A DNA stretch of 64,000 bases from Curvularia clavata (lineage: Eukaryota). The stretch covers positions 4,650,001-4,714,000 of the forward strand of contig CP089275.1 in NCBI GenBank assembly GCA_023920165.1, given 5' to 3'. A program made the translations under genes and the position numbers. The notes beneath the pieces are model-generated. The model was not told the DNA's origin. It ran no database searches and saw only the letters and a program-made list of their open reading frames with translations. This document shows, piece by piece, positions 48,252 through 62,288 of this stretch. Numbering within the stretch: the first letter of the stretch is position 1; every line of letters starts with the position of its first letter.

Positions 48252-49986
48252 TTATTTGCTAATCACATGCGTGCCTTTTGTTTTGCCCGTCTCCATCTTG
48301 GCAGTGCGAGCACCGAACTGTATCGCCCGCTTTTTCTCAGCAGCAACCTTTTTCATGCCCAATTGCCATGCTAGCAATCGAAGTGCTCGCTTTGCGGGTT
48401 CAAGAACCCGCATTGGGTCGTCGCTATTGACTTCTTGAGGCAACCCAAAATCACACTTGGCAGTAACTGGAAGCCGGAGTGCCAGTGCGATGAAATCCTC
48501 ATCAAGATATGGAAAGCGGACCTCTTTGCCACTATCACTGATGACACGATCATCGCGTCCTAAGTTTCGCTTTCCCAACCGGTTGAAGTCGAGTTCCAGC
48601 TCCTCTAAGAGACCAAGGTATCCGCGGCGGGCAAAAGCTACATCATGCCGTTGGTAACCCCCAAAAAGCTCATCCGCACCAAGTCCCGAAAGAAGTACAT
48701 GAGCGGTGGTTGTGTATGGCTCAGTCACATCATCGTTTGATGTGCGGACTGCTCCACTGCCACGAGAAGCAAAATAAAGGGCAAAAGCGATAGAAAGGTC
48801 CATTTCGGTATTGTGAGGATGCATCAAGGTCATGACGTTAGGGCGATGTGCTTGTGTCTCAGGATAAGGCACGTTGACTTCAACAAACCGCCACCTACGA
48901 CCCGGGCAAATGGCAGTAAGTTCTGCATGCGATGATCTTCCAGTGACGCGATCAGGACAGAGCTCGTATGGACTGATGCCGGGTTCGAGCTGGGAGTGGA
49001 TGCGGGGATTCTCGAAAGCGACGTTGAGAAGATCAATAGGTGCACTTGGTGGTAAGAGATCGTGACATAATCGCGCAAGAATGGTGCAGTCGAGGCCACC
49101 CGAGAACAAGACTGCCACGCGTGCTTGATCTGATACGTCTGTCTCCATGCCGACTACTGCTTCACGAACATGCTCAGTACGGACTTGTAGTGATTTGAGC
49201 AACGACGTCCTCAATTGCTCTGCCACACTCAAGTCCAAAGCAGTACCTTCAGCGACGGCGGAGTTTATGAGAGGAAAAGGCAGAGTCTAAGGGTGTTAGC
49301 AGAACCCACGCATGACAGCACTTACCTACGAATGAAATATCAGATTCTTCTGCTTGATCAAAACGACGATGCGGTATCCGTTTGTCAGAGAAGCATTGAG
49401 ATGGTGTGTCTACGCCCAAGAAGTCGACGACATGTATGCCGTCAGCATCAACCTCAGCCCACGCCTCACCCGAAGCATTGTCACAAACGCTGGACAAGAT
49501 GAGGGAACCATCAGCAGCGTGCTTGCGAAGTAGCGATCGCCTTCCGAGACAGTCGCGGCCATAGTAGACACGCTTGTTTGGCGCATCATAGAATACAAAC
49601 GCATAAGGTCCACGCACAGCTGAAAGCAGCTCGACCACTCTACGCGTAGAATTCTCACTTCGGTCGGCGCACGCGGCTAGCAGTTTAGAAAAGACGAGCT
49701 GGGAGTCATTGCCATTGACAGCATGGCCCTGTATGCTCCAAGCCTCGCCGTTCCAACAAAGCACCGATGCCGTAGCCGCGTCTTGAAGAGGCTGTTGGAC
49801 AATGTCTTTGCCGCGCAAAGCCAGAACCGTAGATAGAAAAGTTGCGTGCACGCGTGCTGAGTCTACCTGGATGGCGACGCGGTGCTCTCCAGTGGCATCC
49901 GGCCCTCTGTGCTGGAGGAGCAGCCTGGTATCGGGGCTTGGAGTCACATGTCCGGTCCGGCTGAGGGAGAAGAAGATGCCGCACAT
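48252..49986 (-). CDS. Asparagine synthetase domain-containing protein (ASNSD1/YML096W-like)
   Basis: MCGIF Ntn N-terminus, RGPD, WNGE, GRDCLGRRSLL, LFSGGLDC, SGLGADELFGGY, RNLGRDDR and KRAIQFG motifs; intron 49329-49287. Confidence 0.93.
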
Positions 49987-50285
49987 GGCCTTGTCCAGCT
50001 GGGCAGATGAGGTCGTGATAGGGTTCGGGGCGCGGAATGCGATGCACGTCCGTCACTTTTGGAGGCACGCATTAGGCCAACGCAGCTCGGCGGGTCGGGC
50101 TTCTAGATGCCGGGAGGCCATGCGGGCGTTATGCGCTGCACATCTGGACCAGAACGGCAGCCGACCGACAACCACGCTGCTCAAGCGGTCTGAAGCTCTA
50201 TTACATGTTCATGGGACCTTGATCGCCCTCCTGGCACCTTCTTTTTTCCTTCTCCTTCTCCACGTTCCTTAGTCGCAGGCGGTCT

Positions 50286-52759
50286 ATGTCTCTCTCGAAC
50301 CCAAACCGGCAACCCGATGCAGTCGACGACACCACCGAGCACAAGCTAGACCACGTTGATGAACAGCACAATGTAGCTGCTACAGCACCTGAGGAGCCCC
50401 TGGTAGAGCACTTCTCTCAGCAGAAAGAACAACATGATAGCGCAAACATGGCCAACGACGTGGGGCAGACTGGCGAGACTATGGGCGAGGGGTCGGCTGC
50501 CAACAACGAGGCCAAAGGGAACGCGATAGAGAAGCAGAATAAGGACCAAGCTATTTCTGAAGAACCAAAGACAGATTCGACCTCTGCCAAAGTGACCGAC
50601 GAGCCTACGACCACGACCGACCAGTTGTCTACAGGCCGATCGACAACACCACCACCCCACGAGCCCACCGAGAAAGCCGCAGGCAAGGCGCCCATGTCGT
50701 CGCCCTCACCCCCACCTCCACCCCCGAAAGACGACAAATACCTTTCGACGAGCGACGTCCCCAGTCGAGCTGCATCGCCTATGTCGCAAGCACGATCGAC
50801 CGGGGGCAACTCAGAAGATGCTGCCGCTGACGAATATGGAACAACCAACGACGGTACTGGAGACGCTGCAGACAACTCTCAGCCTGAAATCCAGAGCATA
50901 ATGGACCAGTTTCAGGGCAACGCTCCGCCTGGCGAGGACGAGATCATGTCACCGCGCCTAGAAATTGCCAACCCACTCCTCGAGTCGCCTCCTGCTGCCT
51001 TTCCTCCACGCCGCTCGAGCCTTGTTCCTCCAGACAAACCCCTTCCTATACCGGCGGCTGACGAGAAAGCCTCAGAAACGCCTGTACAGTCCCCACCGCC
51101 GCGGACCTCATCTCTGTACCGCGTCGGTACCAACACGTCTTTTCAAGAACCAGCATCCCCTAGTGCACATGCTTCGAAATACAAAGCTGTTCAACCAGCC
51201 CCAGAGCCAGAGCCAGACCTGCCGTTTGATTTCCACAGATTCCTCGAGCAACTGCGCCACCGAACAGCAGACCCGGTGGCCAAATTCTTGCGCTCCTTTC
51301 TTCTCGAGTTTGGCAAGAAACAGTGGATGGTACACGAACAAGTCAAGATCATTGGCGACTTTCTCGAGTTCATAGCAAAGAAGATGGCTCAGTGCGAAGT
51401 GTGGCGGACCGTGTCAGACGCCGAGTTTGACAACGCAAGAGAGGGCATGGAGAAACTGGTCATGAACAGGCTATACAATCAGACCTTTTCACCAGCAATT
51501 CCACCAGCAGAACCAGTTTCGCCACGCAAAGGTGGAAGAAGGCAAGAACCATTAAGACCTGGTCGGAGAGGCCAGCATCAGGAGGATGTAGAGCGTGACG
51601 AGGTCCTCGCGCAGAAAGTCCGCATCTACAAGTGGGTCAGAGAAGAGCACCTGGACATCAAACCTGTTGGCGAAAAGGGCAAGAAGTTTCTACACTTGGC
51701 CCAGCAGGAATTACTGAAGATCAAAAGCTACCGGGCGCCCAGGGACAAGATCATCTGCATCTTGAATTGCTGCAAAGTCATCTTTGGCTTCCTACGCACA
51801 TCGAATTCAGACCAGTCCGCGGATGCGTTTGTGCCCCTGTTGATCTACACTGTGCTGCAAGCGAACCCAGAACATCTCGTCTCGAACGTCCAGTACATTC
51901 TTCGGTTTCGCAATCAGGAGAAGCTTGGCGGAGAAGCAGGCTACTACATCTCGTCGTTGATGGGCGCGATACAATTCATCGAGGGCTTGGACAAAACTTC
52001 ACTAACAATCAGCGACGAAGAATTTGAGAAGAATGTCGAAGCAGCTGTGTCAGCCATTGCCGAGCGCCATGCTGCTGAAGAAGCCGTCGAGTCGTCCTCA
52101 TCTACCCAACTGCACCCTAATACCCCTACTCATAAGCGCATGCCCTCACCCCACTACATACAGGAAAAGACGACACCTCTGCGCCCAGAGCTCACCCAGA
52201 GAAATTCAATGGAAGCCGAAACCGCAGGACCTCGTCGCTCGACGAGCATCAAGAACAACAACTCGGACTCGGAACAGCCCGAGGAAGAAAACGCGGCAGT
52301 AGCAGGCTTGCTACGTACCATCCAGCGGCCACTCAACACTATTGGCCGCATCTTCTCCGACAATGACACCAATCACCCGTCTGCACAGTCTACTCCTGTA
52401 AAACCGCAATTACCTGCGCGCGCAAGGACGGAGTTTCCGGAATCGCAGGCGGATCACGAGGAAGAACGGCGCCGACACAGAATCTCAGCTGAAGAGGCAG
52501 CAGCCAAACGCGCATCTGCAGAGGCAGAAGAGGCGAGGCGGATCCAGCGAAAGGAACATCAGGTTGTTGTCGAGACATTGACGGGCATGTTTCCGCAGTT
52601 AGACAAGGATGTTATTGACGATGTTGTGCGGCAGAAGGAAGGACGGTAAGTTAGAAAGTTTCATGTGTTAATTGTACACTGTAGACTATGCACTTACTAA
52701 CTATCGCGACCAGGGTTGGTCTGGCAGTGGACGCATGTTTAGCATTAGCGAATCCTTGA
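50286..52759 (+). CDS. VPS9: Rab5-family GEF Vps9 with a C-terminal CUE domain
   Basis: FDFHRFLEQLR, EGMEKLVMNRLY, YRAPRDKIICILNCCK, SADAFVP, GEAGYY and CUE MFPQLD motifs; intron 52646-52713. The start could instead be the ATG near 50448. Confidence 0.95.
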
Positions 52760-52961
52760 TATACTCACGGCCCGTGGTCGAGTTTCGGTAGACGCTTGAC
52801 CTATAATGAAAGCATTATTCCGATACAGCGATGACTCCCATCAGCTCCTCCTTGACTATTACCTCCTCCTTATGCATAGCCCAGCTCAAGAGGTGCATGC
52901 CTTCTCCATGACACTCCTGACTTGAAGAACACGTAATGCTGACCGACTGCTACATCGGCAC

Positions 52962-54511
52962 CTAGCTCGTGCCACTATCCCTCCTCAGCCACGCTCGTTT
53001 GAACTCCGCCTCTAGTCCAGGCATGTTTAGCCGATTGACATCCCATCCACATGCCTTGCTCTCACAATGCAGTAGCAGCGAGCTCAGGTGGCTGAATGTC
53101 TTACCACAGTCTGTGTCGCGACAAAGAAAGGGATGTAATGCGCCTTCGGCCATCCACTTCCACACCTCGTGAATATCTACGCGGCCGGTGCGAATATGTG
53201 CATGCATGTCAAGGTCCATATAGAGAGGTGAGTACCACCACGTGCCAAGACAACGCATGAGGAGCGCTGGGTCGCTTAGACTGGGGCAGTTACCGGACTC
53301 AAGGTGGTTGATGAGGCTAGAGTGTTTGCGCATGGGGGCGTCGCAGCCCCAGCAGACGAGTTCGGCAGGGCTGTGCTTCGTCATGTGCTGGTGATGCTGT
53401 TAGTGCTTGCAAAATTCGAATAGGATGCTGTTGTCCACTTACAATTTGGAAGTTTCCCTCGTGCTGTGTGTGGTAGCCGCACTCTTCGCATCTCAAGCAG
53501 TGCTTCAAGTGAACCTCCAGTTGGCTTTTTCCACCGCATTTTTCGCCACACTGTGAGCAGGCCACCGCAAATGAACATCCTTCGTAGTGATGGTTGAGCT
53601 TGGTGAGGCTTGGGAAGACCTCCTTGCATCCTTGACACTGGAAATGGTCACGCTTGAGATGTTCTGTGAGAGCAGCTTGGTTCGGACCATCAAACTCACA
53701 GCCGGGCTGCATACAATGCTTGTGTCCTGTGGGTGTCTCAGCAGGTGCTTTCTTTTAATATGTCTCAGATATATAGGGCGTCTGGCTACTTACGATTCGT
53801 CGTCAGCCAATGCTGGTCGCGTTCCTCTTGGTTTCGAAACCCGCGTCGACACGTTTTACATCTGACGTGCTTGTCGTCCAGAATCAGGTGTACCCCCAAC
53901 TCGCTTTCTGTATGGAACGCCAAAAGGCACGTCATACAAACGAACTGATGTCCAGCATTGGGGTTGTTCTCCAAATGGTTCCTGAGTCCCCATTCATCTT
54001 TGAAAGCCGAAAGGCAGAGGTTGCAGTACGTCTCATGCCCGGCGGCGTTATCGACATGATTTTTCAAACCATTTCTATCCTTGAAGACGCGCTTGCATAG
54101 GTTACAGTAGTTTTCGTGGTTTTCTGATGCTTTGATGTGGCTGAGCAGCGCAGTCTTACTGGGGAATTTCAGTGAGCAGGCGCCACACCAGTTTTCAAAA
54201 ATATCTGGAGAGTGTTTCTCGCTGCAGTCAGCGGTAGATTGTGAGGTAGCGCGTTCTCTCCAATCGAGAATTCGTAGGACGGGAGGGCACTTAAACCGAT
54301 CGTTGGTGACGCCTACGAGGCGTTTGCCGGGTCGCGCCGTCGTCGCCGTCAATGGAGTGTTGCGTTTTTTGACCTCTTCCCAAGGTAGAGGGTCATCATC
54401 GACCTGATTCAAGAAGGGGTTCTTGGCTAGGTCTTCTGGCGAACTCGGGGGAGACACGCTATCATCTTCGGTGGCGAATAACGCGAACCGGTTGTTGCTT
54501 GTTGTAGCCAT
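52962..54511 (-). CDS. Multi-C2H2 zinc-finger protein
   Basis: Repeated CxxC..F....L..H units and two HLESG/HCES motifs; introns 53793-53727 and 53442-53388. Confidence 0.87.
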
Positions 54512-55548
54512 GTCCAGGCTGACGGATGTTCGGCTGAGGATAGACAAGTGGGTAGTGGGCTCAGGTCAGCTATGAACACCGATTGTTGTTAGGAGTGTTT
54601 GTCCCAAAGGGGTAAGTAGGCAGCAAGCACGTGGTCAGGTGACAGCAAACAGCCCGTGGGAGCATAGATTAGCATAGGACGTCAAGGAAGGCAGGGACAA
54701 AGAAAGATGCGCTGAGACTCGAAGACCTTGGCGAAAGCAACTACAGGGGTGCAACGGTGTCGCCAATGCTCATGCGGAGGTGTAGGGTATGACAAGAACG
54801 TGGGTAAACAGGGAGGGTGAAGATGAAGGAAGGTGCGATGACGACACTGTGTTGTATAAGGCCACTCTAACAGTCTCCGCTTTAGCTAATGCGATCACTT
54901 GCTCGCGTTTCCTATGCCAATGTGAATCGCAGTAGGTTGGACTTCGTTGAAAAGACCTTTGACCCCATTGCGTAGAAGGGCTTCTCTAACAACTCGTGAA
55001 ACTGGAGAATGGCGTTTCAGTAAAACCAACATTTTTAAGAGTAGCTGTAGTTGTTATAGTTACTTATCATTTGCTGTATTCTTAGTACTCATAGATGTAC
55101 GCTTAAAAGTAGCCGTAGTTGCCACAGTCACCCTCGGATATTGTTGTAGAGTAAGATATTCTATGCGATCTAGTCCCTATGAAAGGCACTATACACGCAC
55201 TAGGCCAGTAAAATGCGAAAACCCTGCTCTTTTGTGGTAGGTTCCTTTTCAGCCCTATTGTAGTGGTACGTGCAGGTTTTGGCGATAGTGACGTCCCTTC
55301 GTGAAGACGTTCGTTTGCTCACACGGCGAGCCAATAGGCGCCTAATTCCTCATTCACACAGTTGACCGCAATGATTGTCTAAGACATCCTAGCTACTTCT
55401 AGAAAGCTTCCTCACTTCTATGAAGAATATTACCTATAAGCTGGATATATCTGCGAAACCTTGACCGCAGCGGATATAGTAACGTTTAAAACTATTCATC
55501 ATACTTATCATACAACGCAATTTGTTCTCAGAGAACGTCCAATCAAAC

Positions 55549-57324
55549 ATGGCCCCTAAGAACATCTCAATGAAAATGCTGCCGTTTTCAAGTTCTCGCC
55601 AATCATCAAAACATGGAAGGCAAGTTGAGAAGCCCCTTGGAGGCGGGTCAAGGGTAGTGAAGAAGGCTACTTCTTCAGCGACACGGACGTCGTGGGCATC
55701 GCTCAGCCCAGAAGAAATGAGCCGCGCGCAGGCTCTGGCAAACATAACCATGAACTACCAGCGACCAGACAACGATCTGATAGAAGCTATGAGGAAGAAG
55801 CAACAGCGAGCGGTCGCTGCTGTCATTCAGGACATGCCACCGACCGAACCCTGTCCACTGTCACCAATTGCAGCCAACGAAAAAGTCGTACCGCCAGAGG
55901 ATTTACCTCCAACACCCACATCACCCACATCACGTAACAGTATATCTCCTCCAAGACGATCTAATACACACTTCGATTGGGAGGACAAGGCCCGCCAGAT
56001 CATTGAGCGAGAAGAACTGAGCTTGGACCGGGAATGGTCGCGACTCAGCTGGAAACAAAAGGCCAGCAACATTGTGCGGCTCAAGCTGCTCAAGGACGAT
56101 GGCTACGATATCAGTCCTCTGATGTCCAAGGGTACGACTTCTGACCAGATCATCGACGCGCTGCTCGCGCACGTTGAAGCGAGAAAGCAGCTGGCTTCAT
56201 CACGCAGCACGTCTGAATCTGATAGAGAATTGAAGCCGAAATTCGATGCAGAGACCGACACTTCTTCACTTAATATGAGGACCTCAACATCCCACAAAGT
56301 TTCGAAAGAGAAACCCTATCCTTCTTCCCCCAGATCCTCTCCTGTATCATCTATAGATTCATGCAGCACGAAAAGACCTTTCCTCGCACCAGAAAAGCGA
56401 TTCTATCAAACCCAACCCATCATCGGTCAAAAGCGCAAGCACACCCACGAAGACGACCTCCAACCATCCTGGCACGAAACAAACCCACAAACCCGCCTGC
56501 ATACGCTATATAACAAATCCCTCGCCACAACCGAGCCCAAAGAGCTACCTTGCACATGCGGCACCTCACCCAGAAAACTCCTACGCCTTCTTCCTCCCGC
56601 CACTGTAGCACAAAAAATCCAAGACCAAGCCTTTAACATGCTCAAATGGCGCATCTGTCGTTCTCTCTTCCGCTCCTCACGCGAAGCACGAACAACTTCT
56701 CACACCTACTCCACGATAACAAAAAAAGGTAATGATGAATCTGCCCCTATACTCGTGTATATTCGCCCGACACCTCCCAAACCATCCCGGATCTTATTCA
56801 TCGAGCATGCTGCACCTGGGAAAAAACCTAGCGGATCAGACGTCTACATAGGCTCCCGAGCCTTCGACCTCATCAAGCGTGAAGTACAATGCTTATCGTG
56901 GTCGTACGACGCCCAGGACGGAAGCTATCTCATCCACGACCACGACGCTGACGATGCCGAGGCGAATACCGAGTCCCGTTTTCAACACGATATCCGTCTG
57001 TCTGGTTCAAGAGACGACTACGCTACGGTGATTGAAGGCCAACCACGGGCACTGGCTTCACTTATGCATTATCTGAGGACGAGGGAGTTGTTTCATCTAG
57101 GGAAGTGGCGGGTTGGCGATGTGAGGGAGGATGCGGAGGGGGAAGGGGATGTGCAGATGAGGGTTGTGGTTAATGAGGCACTGCCGATGCAACTTAGCCA
57201 TGCTACGGATCGAGTGTTGAAGAAGACTGAGATGAGGCTGGAGGAAAGGGTGGATGAGGGTGGCGATGAGATAAGGATTGGGGTTGTACAGCAGTGCGAG
57301 AGGTCTCGTGGTACTGGCGCTTGA
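55549..57324 (+). CDS. Hypothetical protein (~590 aa, S/P-rich, no recognised domain)
   Basis: Single long ORF; first ATG is in an AAC-ATG-G context. Confidence 0.7.
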   Translation: MAPKNISMKMLPFSSSRQSSKHGRQVEKPLGGGSRVVKKATSSATRTSWASLSPEEMSRAQALANITMNYQRPDNDLIEAMRKKQQRAVAAVIQDMPPTEPCPLSPIAANEKVVPPEDLPPTPTSPTSRNSISPPRRSNTHFDWEDKARQIIEREELSLDREWSRLSWKQKASNIVRLKLLKDDGYDISPLMSKGTTSDQIIDALLAHVEARKQLASSRSTSESDRELKPKFDAETDTSSLNMRTSTSHKVSKEKPYPSSPRSSPVSSIDSCSTKRPFLAPEKRFYQTQPIIGQKRKHTHEDDLQPSWHETNPQTRLHTLYNKSLATTEPKELPCTCGTSPRKLLRLLPPATVAQKIQDQAFNMLKWRICRSLFRSSREARTTSHTYSTITKKGNDESAPILVYIRPTPPKPSRILFIEHAAPGKKPSGSDVYIGSRAFDLIKREVQCLSWSYDAQDGSYLIHDHDADDAEANTESRFQHDIRLSGSRDDYATVIEGQPRALASLMHYLRTRELFHLGKWRVGDVREDAEGEGDVQMRVVVNEALPMQLSHATDRVLKKTEMRLEERVDEGGDEIRIGVVQQCERSRGTGA

Positions 57325-57434
57325 GGGTTTTGATATTGAGAGGCCGTCGTTCATGTAGCTGGGCAAACTGTGAATGTGGAAGTTGATTGGGCCAAGGCAT
57401 TTGGTGTGAGGGATTCGCTATTCATGTCTTCAAA

Positions 57435-59048
57435 CTATCCGTACCTAACCTCGCCAGTACCCTCCCTGAACCAATCATCGCTCGCCAGGCCTTCCTCCGC
57501 AGTCGCATAGTTGATAATCGTGCTCTTGGACGTTGTATACGCATTGTACGCATCGATTCCGTTTTCACTCCCAACACCCGAGCTCTTGATGCCACCCCAG
57601 GGCGAACTGGGGTCGTTGCGATGATGCGTGTTGACCCAACAGATACCGCTCTCGATGTTTTCCGAGACACGGAACGCTTGAGACAGATCTTGTGTCCAGA
57701 TGGCTGCTCCCAGCCCAAACTCGCTGTCATTTGCAAGTTCTATCGCCTCGTCTTCAGTGTCAAACCCGACTACAACAATAACAGGACCGAATGCCTCTTC
57801 CCGCCATATGCGTGTGTCGACGATCTTTTTGGACGGACCGTCCGTCAGTATTGTTGGTGGGTAGAAGTAGCCTTTAGAGAAATCAGTATCGTCGAGCAAG
57901 GACTTGCCCTTCATGCGTTGTCCACCAGTTACGGCAGTAATGCCCGCTTGCTTCGCATCCTCGACCAGCGTCTCCACGTTGGCCAGCTGCTTTCCAGATA
58001 TTAGTGGGCCCATCATCGACTCCACCTTCTTCGGGGACCCCATTCTCCGCTCGATACTTTGCGCCTTGGTCTTGAGCCTTTCTACAACCTGATCAAGGAT
58101 GCTGTTTTGGACAATGATTCGAGTCGCTGCAACGCATGTCTGGCCGCTGGCGATGAAACTAGCAAATGCAACCCCATTGACTGCCAGATCTATATGCGCC
58201 TTTTCGAAGATGACTAGAGGCGCTTTCCCGCCGAGCTCGGCAGTATAATGTGCCAGATTTTGGCCTGCGATGGCACCGATGGCGCGTCCAGCAGGTGTGC
58301 CGCCCGTCACATCAACCTTTTTGATTAATGGGTGTTCAACCAGAGCTTTGCCTGTGGTAGCACCATCACCAGGGAGCACATTGAAAACACCATCCGGCAA
58401 GCCCGCCTCCTTCATAAGCTTCCCCAACTCGATGCTGGTGAGAGGGGTCAGCTCGCTCGGCTTCAAGACAATGCAGTTACCCGCTGCCAACGCAGGCGCT
58501 ATCTTCTTGACAGCAATCAGCATTGGGTGGTTAAACGGCGTAATTTGAGCAACCACTCCGAGCGGCTTCCTATCGATCCAGTTATGGAGTTTACCGACGG
58601 TGGGTAACACGGATCGCTCTTCGGTCCGTATCAGAGCAGCGTAGTATTTGAACCACTTGGTGAGAGTTGGAACCTGGGCATTCATTTCGCGGATAGCGCG
58701 CCCTGTCTGCCGGACTTCCAGTTCGATCAGCCGCGGCAGGTTCTCCGTGAGGAGCGTGGCGATGCGGTCCAAAGTGTCTGCACGGACATGACGGGGTGCT
58801 TTAGACCAGACCCCAGACTTGAAAACCTTGTGTGCAGTCTTGACGACATTGTCGACATTGGCGGCAGATGCTGCATGGCAGTGTGCAAAGATCTCTCCAG
58901 TTGCAGGGTCTTCAATGGCCAGCCTGTAATGTTGTTAGCAATCACGGTCGGTCACATATTCATGCCTGGTGACTGACTGCTCTGCTCCCCCCTCTACCTC
59001 CTTACCCTCCACCCACATCAGATACGTATCTTTTGTTGCCTTGGCCAT
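57435..59048 (-). CDS. NAD(P)+-dependent aldehyde dehydrogenase
   Basis: ITPFNHP, KPSELTP, catalytic ELGGKAP and SGQTC, and EEAFGPV motifs; intron 58977-58924. Confidence 0.96.
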
Positions 59049-59793
59049 GCTGTTGGGGGGGTTGAGCGGAAATTGAATAGGGAGACAAAAAGCAAAGAGC
59101 ACGGGAAGTCTGCTGCAACGATAACGGAGTTGCCCGATGGCTAGTGGAGCACAATCAGCCAGCGGGGTCATAGGTCGCGATTGGCTCCACCCATCTTCAG
59201 CATCGCGGACTGTTACCCCACAGTATCACTAATTGTGTCGTACCAAGGTACGTTTATCAAACATGACTCTGGATCTCAGATCTCCCTGCGTGTTTGAGTG
59301 AAAAAATATTGCGTTGTTGTCATAAAACATATCCTATCATTCGTTGACTGTTTTCTCGGTTACTGCTTGATTGATCTTGTAGCATATCAAATTCTGAATG
59401 AATTTGAAGAGTAATCAATGGCAAAAGCTTTGCTGATTTTTGAAGTCTACGTAGTCTATGAATGAATAGTAATACAAGCAAAGCCATACCACCTTTTTTT
59501 TAATCGCCGTCAACAGAATTACAACTCCTTGCGGAGGAAAGCTGAGGTCCCTTGTACCATAATTGTCCCCAAATCCCATATAAATTCCACCAGCGAACGC
59601 TCAACAAAAGGTATCGGGTATCTAACCGTGCTTGTCCCTGGCCAACCTAAAACAATCTAGATCGAAGCGCAAGGCTCGTCTGAAAAAAAAAGATACAACT
59701 ATGATGTGACATAGCTATCGCGACACAGTCGCACAACTGTACATTACACAAGAAATTTGGCGTGAGGCTTATTTCTAGCCCACTTGTTGGTCA

Positions 59794-61664
59794 TCAGGTC
59801 AGTCCCAGTACACTCCTACCCTTCTCATTACCCCTCCTGCATTCCATTACTCTCTTGACCTCTGCCTCACCCTCTGCACCGTGTGCAATGAGTAGCGACA
59901 TCAGCACGCTTCGATCCCGAGGCTCCAGTCCTGGTGCTTTGAGCGCTACCTGCAGCGGTGTTTGCCCAGCTCTTGACTCCAAGTTAACGTCTGCACCTGC
60001 TTCCACCAGATATTTGGCAACTGCTGACGCTCCAGGCGTCCTGATGGCAAGGTGAAGGGGAGTTTCGCCATGGAAATCCGGTGTATCGAGGGAGTGGCCC
60101 AGAGAGGCAAGATAGCGAACTGTTTCGAGCCGGCATCCCAACGTGGCAGCGTGCACGGCTGTGTAATATGATGTTGGTGCGACGTTTTTGCGGGTGATGT
60201 CGGCTCCGAATTCCATCAGGAGGGGCAGGATATCTGTCGACATTTCGTAGGCTACTCTTATGAAGAAAAATCCGAATTCAGGGTGTGGTGCCATTGGACT
60301 CGCGCCCTCCCAGATGACTCTTTCTACCTCTGCGGATGTTGCTTCTGCGGGTATGTTGGCTAATATGCGGTCGACGGCCTCTCTCTGGCGGGGTTCAAGC
60401 TCCTTTCTCTTGGCTTTAGTCACGGCGATTCGGTCAGATGTGATTTTTTTGTGGATGATGGATACGTCCGAGCCAGAAATGATGGACGCATATTTTGACG
60501 CATGTTTGGATGCATAGCTTGAGGCGAGATGTATCCTGGTGCTCGCTTTCCCTGACAGGTCAGTACACCAACTGTACGATTTCTTCAGTCGTGACTCTGG
60601 TGCTACGAGGGTCTGGGCCGAGGATGCGCCATCTTCAGTGTAAAAGGTGCCACGTGATGGGGTCATGGGGTCCTGGGAAAAGGGCACCATAAGCCGCAGT
60701 GAGGATTGCTCTATGTTAGAATACGCCAGGGGCTGTGCATCTTCGAACGAGGGAACGTTGGCGAGCCATGTACCAATACCGCTGTCGTTTGTGCTGGTAT
60801 GGGATGAGCTCTGACCACTGGGGCTTTTCCTACCGCTGGGGCTTTTTCTTCCGCTTCGAGGCGTTTCGCCAAGAGCGGGTTCCAATGAGTCTGGCCGCGG
60901 AATTGTCGATCTCTTTGTTGGCTGCTGTGGGGTCGTTGGGGTTCCTTCTCTTGAGATTGCTGTAATGCATGACCGGAGTAAACGGACCGCCTGGAGCAAC
61001 GCAGGAAGCGTCTCTCGTGCTGTTTGGTTGACATGGATTTCTTCAGTATCTGTCCGCTTCAAGAGATCATCACTCTGTGTGATGAGATCGCTGACATAAT
61101 TCTGGAGCAAAGAGTCCAAGGTATCTTGCTGGCCAAATCTGGGAAGACAAGGTAAGCAATGGCTACATTGAGAAGACCTGGGGACGAGATGGCAGCAACT
61201 TACAGTGCAAGATAATCCAGAGACAATTCCAGGATGACTTTTGAAGCATCAAGATCATGACGCAAGTTGACTAGCGGCCCCTCTTTGAGAATGCGCCAAT
61301 CTTCCTTTGGACTCTTGCTACACGAGAGCTTGAGAAAGGTCTTTTGGAGACGATCACTCGTGTCGTCGCAAGAGTCGACGACGCGCGAGACGGCGTCGAT
61401 GAGGGAGGCGGGCAGGGCAGGGCCCTTGACGGAGAAGTCATCCTGGGCGACACCCAGGCCGGTCCTGATGATGAGCAGATTGGTGTTGATTGCATTCAGG
61501 TCATGCCGTGCATCGCGGACTTTGCGCGCAAAACTGCTGATGTCCGGGACAATCTGGGACGGGATATTAGCGCAAGGATGATGGGACGTGGAGGCAGCTC
61601 TAACCTGGGCGATCGATGTGCCTAGCGCAGCGCATCGAGCGGCGACAGTACTCGGACGCGCCAT
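59794..61664 (-). CDS. Protein with an N-terminal HeLo-like (fungal STAND N-terminal) domain and C-terminal ankyrin repeats
   Basis: F.RKVRDARHDL.A..C..W..LR..L...K..L.L.LD N-terminal pattern; ankyrin motifs TAVHAA, GETPLHLA and GQTPLQVA; introns 61604-61554 and 61203-61139. Confidence 0.8.
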
Positions 61665-62288
61665 CAACTCGCGATGGGAGGGCAACGCAAGGCAAGGCGG
61701 CGAGTGCTGGGAGGCAGTCGGAGATCTGGAGATCGCAGGACGGGGACGGGGGATTGCAGCTGGCGTGTCTGAAGTTGGTCGAAGCTGAGGGCTTGTCACA
61801 TTGTGCAGAAACGGCGTACGGCACGGATCCCAGGCTTTTGCGTGCCCACGGCGTGTTCGGTCAGTATGGGCGAGGGGAAAGGAGAGGGCGAAGGACGGGG
61901 CGGCGCGCCCACCCCCCGTTTACTTTATGAGAGTCGTTGGTGTCGCGCGGGGGTGGGATGGGGCGCGTCACAAAGGAGCTGGGGGGTTGCTTTTTCCCTG
62001 GCCACCATGGCTAACAGCCAAAGCAGGACGAGCATGCATGGCGTGTGAGATTTGTCCCGTCGGCACGCATCCAACGGCGGCGACTGTCGTGTGTTGCCAT
62101 GCCGGCCTTGGGCGGAAAAGGGGATGTGCGGCCGCATCGGGCCTAGCGCCGCGGGAAGCACACAGGGACTCCCTGCAGGGGAAATGACGGCCAAGGCCAG
62201 CCCAGCGCCCCGTGTTTGCGATCTGGGCTCCCATGGCATTCATTAATCTACTCGTAGTATCCTACCTCCCATACCATGCCTCGTTCCC

